The notes below the pieces were generated by a model. The model was given only the letters and a program-made list of their open reading frames with translations, was not told the origin of the DNA and did no database searches. A stretch of DNA of 64,000 nt from NCBI GenBank assembly GCA_964035545.1, contig OZ037770.1, positions 15,985,456-16,049,455 on the forward strand, in the 5' to 3' direction. How positions within the stretch are numbered: position 1 is the stretch's first letter; each line of letters opens with the position of its first letter. Positions 43,341 through 56,900 of the stretch are shown here, in pieces. Made by a program: the position numbers and the translations under genes. The stretch comes from Bugula neritina (Eukaryota > Animalia > Bryozoa).

Positions 43341-46300
43341 GGGTGAGGCTGACAAGAGCTTTTACAATAGGCTGTTTTAACTTTTATTAGAAACATGTTT
43401 GACAATTTTTGAATGAAACTAACAGCTACAACTTTTAAAACAAAATAAAACAACAGAAAAGCAGCTATGTGTTACGGAAGTGTTAATCAACAGTGGATTT
43501 CATAGCTGATAGGAGCAGATATAGGTCAACTGAGTTCACCTAACTGCCTAGCACTGGAAGTTTTACTAATTCCAAGGGTTGGTAGTAAAGGTTAGACAAC
43601 TTTAACTTAATGAAAGGAAGAGTTAATATTGTTGCAATAAGCAATTCATTTAAACACACACCTGAACGGATGAAAAGTTTGGTTGAATCAAACACAGAGA
43701 GAAGACGACTTCTACATGTGGACTTGTGAGCATCTCATGGATATAAAACGGGTCTTGATGGCAAGGTGACTTCTATCTGCATGTGGTTAAACACAACTAC
43801 AAAACAGACAATAAATATTCTAAAATACCTTGATATATAAAACATTTCATTTTAATTTGCTAATAGTAAATGTTTGCAGATCGAGCTGGGATTCTAGTCT
43901 AAAGAGTACAAGTGATTAACTTGAACAATTCCACAGGACTTGGAGTTAACAAAACTAAAATTATGAATAAAAGATAACATTTTTACTACTTCAAACAGAA
44001 ATAGATGAACAAGAATTATGGACATTAGAATACAAAAAGTACAAAATAATGAGTTGCCTAACACCATTTAAAATTGGTAAAATTGAAACAGAGAAAATTA
44101 TCGTAAATAATAAATACCTGATTATAACCAAGATGGGGCTCTCAGAATTGATCACAGTTGGCTAGGTCCTATCTTCCTGGTGAAAACCATATGTTCTCTA
44201 ATGTGTGAATATCTGAGTTGCTCGGAGTGATTCTAAAAAACAAAATACATTTGATGAATTAAAATTGTTGAATAAATGATGACAGATATATATATGAGAC
44301 ATCTCATAGGTCCTAAAATCTAGAGTATTGAAAATTGTATAATGATAGAATCAACATAGTCTACAGAACCAGGAAAGAAACTTCTTTGAACAAGAAATAT
44401 AACTTGTTTTTTATAGTTACAGCAGTTTAAACTGAATTTATTCCACTTAAACTTTTCAATTTCGAACCATGATTATGACCATGATGAGTAGCCTATGTAA
44501 CTGAAATAAAGTCAAACAAAATAAATCATTCAGCATAAGTTGAACATTATTATAGCGAGAAAAACATTAAAATATTAGATTTCAATTATACTATTATTCT
44601 TAGTATTGATTTTGTAGTTCAGCTCAAAGTCAAGCCAATTTGAAGCAAAGCTAAATTGAAATTTATTATAACTATAATTATAAGCCTTGCAGTTGCATTT
44701 ACTCAAATGACTGCAGTATCAAATTGACTAGAAATGGGTAGCAGTCTATCAATTAAATAAAATAATCAATGTGACTTCCAAGCCTATGAATAAATACAGA
44801 TCAACAATCAGTAAACTAAAAGATAACATTGATAAAAAGTTATTAAATGGCATGGTAAATAATTGTTTACCTTGGTAAGATGACCAAACAGTTTCATGCA
44901 GTTGCATGACCATTCACTATGACTTACTATAATGACAGTGCAGCAGACGTGCTCAGTCATCCGTAACCAATCATTGCTCAGTCGTCTGTAACTGATCACG
45001 TGATTATTGGGGCATGCGCTACACCTCATGACTCACTTCCAATGGTGTTAGCAATTCAGTGCAATCTGTATGCAGCAAAAATATCAATACTAACTTTGGT
45101 GCCTAAGATTTTATGAGGCTTCAAGTTTCAGAATATAATGAAGGGAAAACAGAGATGTAGCAATCAAATACTTTTAAAAATTTGTCTTTTTTAAGCAGCA
45201 TTATCAATCATGCTTAGGGCAAGAAAAATAGGAAAAGATATCACTATGCTAAATTAACCATTAAGAAAAGAAACACAAATTCACGACACAAAGAGACATA
45301 AAGTAATTGAACAGGTGAGCTAAGAAAACTGCTTGTTCTAGAAGCCATTCAGTGTTGCAACTTGGTGTTTTGATTTTTGGAATTTTTATGGAGCTTTATC
45401 ATCCTTCTAACCATTCACCATGAAATCACTAATTTCTGTTATTGAATGCAACTAGAGAGTAGCATGAGGTTAGGGACCTACAGCAAAAGGCCAGGGTTTC
45501 GCTTGCCTTTGCTTAGTCCCAACTCTGACTACTGTTTGCAGGTAAACATTGAAATACTTGTTCACATGTGTTGGGGAGGTCATGGTCATGAATTACTAAA
45601 CAATCTGTATAGCATTAAGTTTACTATAAGATGTGTATACTGTCACTGCCTGATAAAACAACACTTGTCAATAATAATTTTAAATAGCATGATTCTTAGG
45701 ATGAGGAAAATTTTTACTTAATGCAATCTCATATTTCTAAACACTTATAGTTCTCAATAATTTAAACGTATACTGGAAATACATCAAACTTGAATATTTG
45801 ATAAATAACAGTAAGAGAAGTCGAGGCTATGATATAACAACAGAGAACAATTGAAGGACTGGAGAAAATAATGAGTTGAAATAACACATACCACAGACAG
45901 ATACAGATGAGGATTACAGGGATGGAAGAATAACACAGAGAGAAAAAGAGTACAGGTTGCTGTTCCTCTGCCCATTCTGTAACACAAAAAATAGTAAATA
46001 AACTTGTTCAAAATACAATAGAAAAAAGGAAGCAATAGAAACATCACCTGTAGAATTTTTTCTATCAAATTGACAAATTTATTAGCAAATTCCAAGCATT
46101 CAGAAAACACTCAACACTATGCTAACACTGTATATAGGAGTATATATTATATATAAAGTTTCCAACTGGTTAAATAATTGAACCAACATCAAAATTCTAT
46201 ACTCGGATAATACAGACATATAGGACATAAGTAGGAAATCTAGTAACCTAATGAGTTTAGTATAAAACAGTATAAATTTACAGCTCTAAAACCTGCATGG

Positions 46301-49300
46301 TAAACCAACAAGTCAAAACATCAAGGCAGACATTCACAATAAAAGTGACTTTAAAACATTAAAATTTAATTGAAGCATGAAACATGTTCTTTTAGATAAT
46401 ACAGTATAGAAAATAAGTATGTTGTATAATGCATAGTAGGAGAGATTTTGACAGAATTACACTGCACCCAAGCTAACACCCAAATGCTGGTCATTCAAAA
46501 TTGGAATATTCAACAGATTGGGGTAAAATAATATAATTAGGGTATAAAAGTAGACATCAACCACCAAGGGTACGTATAATCAGGTTAGGATAAATCGCAT
46601 GAAACATCCAAGCCATACCAACTTACAGAGAAGTAAAATAATATATCAGTTCAGCTTTAGTGCAAATTTTATTTGTAATTATTGAAAATATAACTTGATG
46701 AAAAGTTTGAAACTGTTTACTGGTTGAATTGTGATTAATTTAAAATTCCCCGAATAATTCTATAAGTAGTTTAATCAAGGATTCATGTTATACTTAATAG
46801 GAATTGTTGGGACTTTACATAAGTTGAGAAAGTTTTTCCCTAATGCATTATAGCTTTTCATGTATTATTACAGCTATGCAAGCTATATTACGATTTTTCG
46901 ACACTCATTACGGCTACTACACAATAGCTGACCTTTTTGACTAGTATAACAACCCAGTATTTTCATCTATCTTTACGCTTACAACTTATGATGTAAAGGT
47001 TTGTACATTGCTACTTTCTTTTAGACTGCTACAATAAATATCTCTATATATCAAAAACAACAGGAATTACCTCCATATAGCTCATCCAGCTGACCCATGT
47101 GAAGAATAATCTAGAATGACTTTGTCCAACTTTATACCCAATTGGTTGGTTGTCTAGTAGATGACCATCTGACCATCACAGCAGTTACTGTAAGAATAAA
47201 GCAGTCTATAATTATGTGGTGTTGCATATCATAAAAAACAATAAAATAAAAATATACTAAATATAACTTATTTCATAAAAAATTATTGAAGAAAGCAACA
47301 AAAGTAAAAATGGAGAACCAGGGGGGAGGGGGGAATTCTATTTTTATTGATGTATAGATGTACAGAAGAGTGTCATACTTAATAAATTCAAAAAAATGAT
47401 TTGTTGAAAGAGCCATAACCAAAAATCAAAAATGAAAGCCTGACTTCGTATTCTTACCACAAGCAAGCATAGCACTATGTAAACTTATATTTTTCAATGA
47501 CGGTTTTCACACAGCAATAAATTGACAAAATAACAAATATGATTGAAGAGTGCTCATTTAAATGGAATGAGGTTTGGTAGCATTTACATGAAACAGCTTA
47601 AACAGCTCCAAAATCAAATGAATTACTTATTGATGGTGTTCAATGAATACAATGATTTTATTAACATGAAAGTAAAATCTTAAAAGTAAAATTCTCAACC
47701 ATGTGCTGATTTTTTCTCTCTCCAGTCAAATTTTGTATAGAGCTAGGGTAAAGTTGGCAAGAGCTATTACAATTATAGGCTGTTTCAACTTTCTTTAGAA
47801 ACATGTTTGGCAATTCTTGAATGAAATAAACAGCTATAACTTTTAAAGCTAAATAAAACGACAGAAAAACAGCCAAGTGTAGAATTAATCAACAGTGGAG
47901 TTCATAGCTAACAGGACATATAGTATGAATATTTTTGTGTCACACTCTATACAGTTCTATGTGCACAACTTCCCAAAGTTATATATTCTACACTTTATAC
48001 AATTATATTGCCACTTTGATCAAAAGCACATGCTTCACTATTTGAGTAGTAACGCTTGTTATGCTCATCTTAAATCAAACTTTGTCGAAGGGAAGGTAGA
48101 AAAAGCTGAATCTATCATCATTTACGAGAGTAGCTATCCCCTAGGAGCTAGAATAAAAGTACTAAGGAGCGGATATCATGGGTCAACTGAGTTCACCTCA
48201 TTGCCATGCACTGGTAGTAGCTTTATGAATGCTAAAATCTAATAGCACACAACACAGGGAAAGAGTAAATATTGTTACAATAAACAATTCATTTAGACAC
48301 AAACCTGAACCAGTGGAAGGTTTTGATGGATCAAAAACAGAGAGAAGACAACTTCTACATGTCAGCTTGTGAGCATCTCACAGATATAAAACCAGTCTTG
48401 ATAGCAAGGTAACTTCTATCTGCATGTGGTTAAACACAACTACAAAACAGACAATAAATATTCTAAACTACCTTAATATATAAAACATTTTATTTTAATT
48501 TGCTAATACAGTAAATGTTTGCAGAGCTGAGATACTAGTCTACTGACTACAAGTGATTAACTTGAACAAATTCACAAGACTTGGAGTTAACAACACTAAA
48601 ATAATAAATAAACCATAACATTTTTACTACCACTTCAAACAGAAATAGATATACATGAATTATGGACATCAGTTATCAAGAAGAATACAAGAAGTACAAG
48701 ATAGTTTATCCAATACATCGTGTAAAACTAGTAAAATTGAAACCACAGAGAAAATTATTGTAAATAAATACCTAATTATAACCAAAAGGGGGCTCTCAGA
48801 ACTGACCACAGTTGACTAGATCCTATCTTCCTGGTGTAGACCATATGTTCTCTAATGTGTGAATATCTGAGCTGCTTGGAGACATTCTAAAAAACAAAAC
48901 ACATATTTTGATAAATTGAAGTTGTTGAATAAATGATGACAGACATGTATGAGACAAATTATAGACTGTAGAATCTAGAGTATGGGAAATTTGTATCATG
49001 ATAAAATCAACTTAGTCTACAGAACCAGGAAAGACACTTCTTTAAATCAGAAACTTTTTCAGTTGAAACAACGTAAACTGAATATTCCACTTTTTAATTT
49101 CGAGGAATGATTATGACTATAACATGAGTATGTAACTGAAATAAAGTCAAACAAATTGAATTATTGGGTAAGAGTTAGAATTTATTGCACAGTTATGGCT
49201 ATTTTGAAAAGAAAATTTGATTTCAATTATGAGCCATTCAGTACAGAGTGGCAAATCAACGAATTAAAATCATAAGCTTGTACATGTGGTGAGCAAAGCA

Positions 49301-52300
49301 ACAGCCGCACTATTACAGAAAGGTCATTGTAAAATGTTACTGTAAATATTTGCGCGAAGTTTAGTACTCCTGCAGAGGGCTTGATATAGAATCACAAAAA
49401 TTATGTCTAATGAAATCATATATCACAACGAAATACCGTAATTAATAAAATTGCATTATATTAATAGATAAATTAACCATCCCTTCAGTGTGGATAACAA
49501 TTAATTAAGGCAAGCAGATAAAATCAAGCTGAAGACAGGTCTATTGTAAAATGAAAAATTTATAGAACGAAAATGGAAAAAAACTGTAAACACTGAAATA
49601 AAAATAAAATATGATATCAGCAAAAATGGCTTGGCATATTATATAATTAGTGGTACAGCAGCACCATATATTATGCTTAGACAAGAAATTATCCCAAAGG
49701 ATAAATTTTCAATTAACTAAAGAAATAAGCACTGACTCACTGCATCAACTATTAGCTAGAAAACCTATATCAAACTAAAAGCAGTAACAGCTATAAGGGT
49801 GCTAAAATGTATAGCTCACTATTTGTAGTATTACTAACATTATTATTCTTAGTATTGATTTTGTGGTTTAGTTCAACAAACCAGAGGAGAACAGGGTAGA
49901 ATTGTTACCTTGAAATCAAGCCAATTTAAAGCCAAGCTAAATTGAGATTTATTATATAAGCCTTGCAGCTGCATTTACTCAATTGAGTGCTTTAAATATT
50001 TGTTTTTGTTTATGGAAATTTTTCAAAAGTTCTTAAACTTGTTCATTGAGCTAAAACATATAAAACACTATAAATTAAGCTCATGAATTACAACCATGTT
50101 CAGTGCCAGTGAGATGCACAGAATAAAAAGTGTCCATCATTGAAACTGTAATTAAATTAAATTAAATAACAGCTACAACTTTTAAAACAAAATAACATGA
50201 CAGAAAAGCAGCCATGTGTTACGGTAGTGTTAATCAACAGTGGATTTCATAGCTGATAGGAGCAGATATAGGTCAACTGAGTTTACCTAACTGCCTAGCA
50301 CTGGAAGTTTTACTAATTCCAAGTGTTGGTAGTGAAGGTTAGACAACACAAACTTAATGAAAGGAAGAGCAAATATTGTTGCAGTAAGCAATTAATTTAG
50401 ACGCAAACCTGAACTGATGAAAAGTTTTGATGAATGAAACACAGAGAGAAGACAACTTCTATGTATCGGCCCGTGAGCATCTCACAGATATAAAACTGGT
50501 CTTGATATCAAGGTATAGCTTCTATCTGCATGTGGTTAAACACAACTACAAAACAGACAAGAAATATTCTAAACTACCTTAATATTATATAAAACATTTT
50601 ATTTTAATTAGCTAATAGTAAATGTTTGCATGCGTGCTGGGATACTAGTCTAATGACTACAAGTGATTAACTTGAACAAATTCACAAGATGTCGAGTTAA
50701 CAAGACTAAAATAATAAATAAAACATTACTTTTTCACTATTAAAGATGAAATAGATAAACATAAATTATGGACATCAGCTATAAAAAAGAATACAGAAAG
50801 TACAAGATAATTAATTCCTAATATCCTGTTAAATTGGTAAAATCAAAAACACAGAGCTAATTATCATAAATAATAAATACCTAATTATAACCAAGATGGG
50901 GCTCTCAGAACTGACCATAGTTGGCTAGATCCTATCTTCCTGGTGAAGACCATATGTTCTCTAATGTGTGAATATCTGAGCTGCTTGGAGACATTCTAAA
51001 AAATGAAAACATTCGATGAATTAAAATTGTTGAATAAATGATGACAAGACATGTATGAGACAACTTACAGACTGTAAAATATAGAGTATTGGAAATTTAC
51101 ATGGTGATAAATTTTCATTATGATAAAATCAGCATAGTCTACAGAACCAGGAGAGAAACTTCTTTGAATCAGAAACACAACTTGTTTTAGTTGAAGCAGC
51201 TTAAACTGAATATTCTACTTTAACTTTTGAATTTCGATCCATGATTATGACCATGATGAGTTTGTAACTGAAATAAAGTCGAATGAATTAAACCATTGGG
51301 CAACAGTTAAACTTTATTATACTGGTAAGGCTGTAGTGAAAAAAATTAAAACATTTGATTTCAATTATACTATTATTCACAGGATTGATTTTGTAGTTCA
51401 GTTCAACAGACCAGAAAAGAACAGGGTAGAAGTTGTGTTGAAATTAAGCTAATTTGAAGCTAAGCTAAATTGAAATTCATTATATGCCTTGCAGTTGTAT
51501 TTACTCAAATGACTGCAGAATCAAATTGACAAAAAATGAGTGGCAGCTTATAAATTGAATAAAATATTCAATTTGAATTCCAAGCCTATGAATGAATACA
51601 GATTAACAAACAGTTTACTAAAGACGGTACAAAATTATTAAATGACGTGCTAAATAAAGGATTACTTTGGTAAGATGACCAAACAGTTTCAGTTGCTGGA
51701 CCAGTCAGTTTGAAGGGCAACTTAGTAATGACAGTGCAGAAATTGGCAGAAATTGAACAGGTGAGCTAGAAAAACTGCTTGTTCTAGAAGCTATTCAGGT
51801 GAATGATGAAAATAAATGTTGCAACTTGTGATTTGACTTTTGGAATTTTTATGGAGCTTTATCATCCTTCTAACCATTCACCATTAAATCACTAATTTCT
51901 CTTATTGAATGCAACTAGATATTAGCATGAGGTTAGGGACCTACAGCAAAAGGCCAGGGTTTCGCTTGCCCCTGCTTAGTCCCAACGCTGACTACTGGTT
52001 GCAGGTAAACATTCAACTACTTGTTTGAAATGTGTTGGGGAGGTCATGGTCATGAATTACTAGACATTCTGTATAGCATTAAGTTTACTATAATATGTGT
52101 GTACTGTCACTGTATGCCTGATGAAATAACTTTTATAGACATTAATTTTAAATAGCAGGAATTTGAGATAAAGTAACTTTAGAAAATAATGAGTTGAAAT
52201 AACACATACCACAGACAGATAAAGATGAGGATTACAGGGATGGAAGAATAACACAGAGAGAAAAAGAGTACAAGTTGCTGTTCCTCTGCCCATTCTGTAA

Positions 52301-53118
52301 CACAAAAAATAGTAAATAAACTTGTTCAAAATACACTAGAAAAAAGAAAGCAATAGAAACATCACCTGTAGAATTTTTTCTATCAAATTGACAAATTTAC
52401 TAGTAAATTCCAAGCATTCAGAAAACCCTCAACACTATGTTAACTCTGTAGAAGTATATATTATATCTAAAGTTTCTAAGTGGTTAAATGATTGAACCAA
52501 CATCAAAATTTTCTACTCGTATAATACAGATGTGTGATACAAAAGGAAATCTAGTAATGTAATGAGTCTTGTGAAACAGTATAAATTTACAGCTCTAAAA
52601 CCAACGTCGCAAACCAACAATTCAAAGAATCAAGACAGAAATTCACAATAAAAGTAGCTTTAAAACAATAAAATTTAGTTGAAGCATGAAACACCAGTTT
52701 TAGAGAATATAGAAAATAAGTATATTGTATAATGCATACTATGAGAGACTTTGACAAAATTACGCTGTACGTGCCACAGTTAACCCTAATTTGCTAAAAA
52801 TTCAAAAGTGCAACATCCTTAGCTGACTGAAACTGAAAACTTGGACATGCGAAACTAATAACCGGCTAACCTCACACTGCAAATAGAGTAGTATGCAGTT
52901 CACCTCAGTCTGAAAATAGTTCAGGTCAAGCAAAGATCAAACAACTCCAACTAATACCAAATCATCCAGAAGGAATATTATGAAGCAGCAATCAGTAACC
53001 CGTAAGTGAAACAAACCAACACTGAGTTTGAGCCAGGAAGGTTTCAGAAATATATATCTAAAGCAAAAAAAGTTGCAAAGATATGTAAATGATATCTTTA
53101 TAGGAAGCTAGGGTGAGG

Positions 53119-53934
53119 CAAGGGTGATCTATATGAGAGTGGCGACTTTAGGGAATCATGGGGACATCATTATGCAGAATTCTGCGCTGCGAGTTTATAT
53201 AAGTTAAAAAGGGAAAATTTTGTCACTTTTTTATTTCATTATTATTGCTATTTTTGTGTACAATTTTTAATTTTATTTATTGCTATAGTTTTTAAACACA
53301 TTCTTTATGCATATAAAATTAAAAACAAGCTTAAAACTCACTCACTAATAATTATGCATGTGTAGCTTAATATATTGACAATAGAAAGCCCAAAGTTATT
53401 CAATTTAATTTTAAATAGCATAAAGAAATTTAATTGAATTAAATTCTTGAAAATTATTGTTATTTGAACTATTTTAAAAAGTTTTATCTAATACTAAGTT
53501 CACACCTTTTAAGCCATAAAAACAATCAATAAATAATTCATTGAGTGCTTTAAATATTTTTTTTGGTTTTGGAAATTCTTTAAAAGTTCTTAAATTTGTT
53601 TATTGAGTTAAAACATATAAAACACTATAAATTAAGCTCATGAATTACAACCGTGTTCAGTGCCAGTAAGCTGCACAGAATAAAACGTGTCCATCATTGA
53701 AACTGCAATTAAATCAAGTTTCTGTTGATAATCGAATAAAAATTGTTGAATTCATTTATAATTTTTATCATAAATCTTTAGGGAAAACATGCAAAAAAGG
53801 ACAAAAAACTCAGTGAAATTATCACGCAACAATCCACTGTAATTATATAATAATATGAGGCACACCTCCTACCAATAAGTAGCATAATGGTGGACAACAC
53901 CCTAAAATTGCCACTCTCATATCGATCATCTCAG
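53119..53934. mobile_element. 816-bp MITE, copy 2 (segmentally duplicated)
   Basis: Exact TSD GGGTGAGG at 53111-53118 and 53935-53942. Near-identical to 42526-43340, including the flanks. Confidence 0.85.
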
Positions 53935-56900
53935 GGGTGAGGCTGACAAGAGCTTTTACAATAGGCTGTTTTAACTTTTATTAGAAACATGTTTGGCAAT
54001 TTTTGAATGAAATTAACAGCTACAACTTTTAAAACAAAATAAAATGACAGAAAAGCAGCCATGTGTTACGGTAGTGTTAATCAACAGTGGATTTCATAGC
54101 TGATAGGAGCAGATACAGGTCAACTGAGTTTACCTAACTGCCTAGCACTGGAAGTTTTACTAACTCCAAGTGTTGGTAGTGAAGGTTAGACAACACAAAC
54201 TTAATGAAAGGAAGAGTTAATATTGTTGCAGTAAGCAATTAATTTAGACGCAAACCTGAACTGATGAAAAGTTTTGATTAATGAAACACAGAGAGAAGAC
54301 AACTTTTACGCGTTGGCTTGTGAGCATCTCATGGATATAAAACGGGTCTTGATATCAAGGTATAGCTTCTATCTGCATGTGGTTAAACACAACTACAAAA
54401 CAGACAAGAAATATTCTAAACTACCTCAATATATAAAACATTTCATTTTAATTTGCTAATAGTAAATGTTTGCAGATCGAGCTGAGATTCTAGTCTAAAG
54501 AGTACAAGTGATTAACTTGAACAATTCCACAGGACTTGGAGTTAACAAGACTAAAATTATGAATAAAAGATAAAATTTTAACTACTTCAAACAGAAATAG
54601 ATAAACATGAATTATGGACATTAGAATACAAGAAGTACAAAATAATGATTTGCCTAACATCATTTAAAATTGGTAAAATTGAAAACAGAGAAAATTATCA
54701 TAAATAATAAATACCTAATTATAACCAAGATGGGGCTCTCAGAACTGACCACAGTTGGCTAGGTCCTATCTTCTTGGTGAAAACCATATGTTCTCTAATG
54801 TGTGAATATCTGAGCTGCTCGGAGACATTCTAAAAAACAAAATACATTTGATGAATTAAAATTGTTGAATAAATGATGACAGATATATATGAGACATCTC
54901 ATAGGTCCTAAAATCTAGAGTATTGAAAATTGTATCATGATAAAATCAACATAGTCTACAGAACCAGGAAAGAAACTTCTTTGAACAAGAAATGTAACTT
55001 GTTTTTTATAGTTACAGCAGTTTAAACTGAATTTATTCTACTTAAATTTTTCAATTTCGAACCATGATTATGACCATGATGAGTATGTAACTGAAATAAA
55101 GTCAAACAAAATATATCATTCAGCATAAGTTGAACGTTATTATAGCGAGAAAAAAATTAAAATATTAGATTTTAATTATACTATTATTCTTAGTATTGAT
55201 TTTGTAGTTCAGTTCAACAGACCAGAGTAGAACAGGGTAAAAGTTACGTCAAAGTAAAGCCAATTTGAAGCAAAGCTAAATTGAAATTTATTATAACTAT
55301 AATTATAAGCCTTGCAGTTGCATTTACTCAAATGACTGCAGTATCAAATTGACTAGAAATGGGTAGCAGCCTATCAATTGAATAAAATAATCAATGTGAA
55401 ATCCAAGCCTATGAATAAATACAGATAAACTATCAGTAAACTAAAAGATAACGTTGATAAAAAGTTATTAAATGACAAGCTAAACAAAGGTTTACCTTGG
55501 TAAGATGACCAAACAATTTCAGTTGCACGAACATTCACTATGAAGAGCAACTTACTATAATGACAGTGCAGCAGACGTGCTCAGTCATCCGTAACCAATC
55601 ATTGCTCAGTCGTCTGTAACTGATCACGTGATTATTGGGGCATGCGCTACATCTCATGACTCACTTCCAATGGTGTCACCAATTCAGTGCAATCTGTATG
55701 CAGCAAAAAGAGCAATACTAATTTTAGTGCCTAAGATTCCAACAGGACCTCATGTTTCACAACATATAGCCTAATGAAGGGAAAACAGAGATGTAGCAAT
55801 CAAATACTTTTAAAAAATTGTCTTCTTTATGCAACATTATCAATCATGTTTAGGGCAAAAAAACAGGAAAAGAATTCACTATGCCAAATTAACCATCAAG
55901 AAAACAAACACAATTTAATGACCCAAAAAGACATAAAGAAATTGAACATGCAGGTGAGCTCAAGAAACTGCTTGTTCTAGAAGCTATTCAGGTGAATGAT
56001 GAAAATGAGTGTTGCAACTTGGAATTTGACTTTTGAAATTTTTTTGGAGCTTTATCATCCTTCCAACCATTCACCATTAAATCACTAATTTCTGCTATTG
56101 AATGCAACTAGATATTAGCATGAAGTTAGGGACCTAAAGAAAGAGGCCAGGGCTGTGCATGCACTTGCTTACTCCCAACTTTGACTACTGGTTGTGGGTA
56201 AACATTCAACTATATAGTTGTTTGAAATGAGTTGGGGCAGGTCACAGTCATGAATTACTAGACAATCTGCATGTATAGCATTAAGTTTACTATAATATGT
56301 GCCTGATAAAATAACACTAAACTAGAATAATTTTAAATAGCATGATATTCAGGATTAGGTAATTTTTTACTTAAAGCAATCTCATATTTCTAAACACTTG
56401 TAGTTCTCAATAATTTAAACAGATATTAAAAATACATCAAACTTGAATATTGTTAAATCATAGTAAGAGAAGTAGAGGCTATGATATAACAACAGAGAGT
56501 GATTAAAGAACTAGAAAACAAAGATTTACAATAGAAAACTAGAACTAGAAAATAAAGATTTAAACTAAAACATACCAAGAACAGATAAAGATGAGGCTTA
56601 CAGGGATGGGAAGAATAACACAGAGAGAAAAAGAGTACAGGTTGCTGTTCCTCTGCCCATTCTGTAACACAAAAAAATAGTAAATAAACTTGTTCAAAAT
56701 ACACTAGAAAAAAGGAAGCTTGATTTATGGCAACAGAAACATAACCTGTAGAATTTTTTCCTCCAAACTGACAAATTAATAAGTAAATTCCAAGCATTCA
56801 GAAAACACTCAACACTATGTTAATACTGTATAGGAGTATATATTATATATAAAGTTTCCAACTGGTTAAATGATTAAACCAACATCAAAATTCTCTACTC

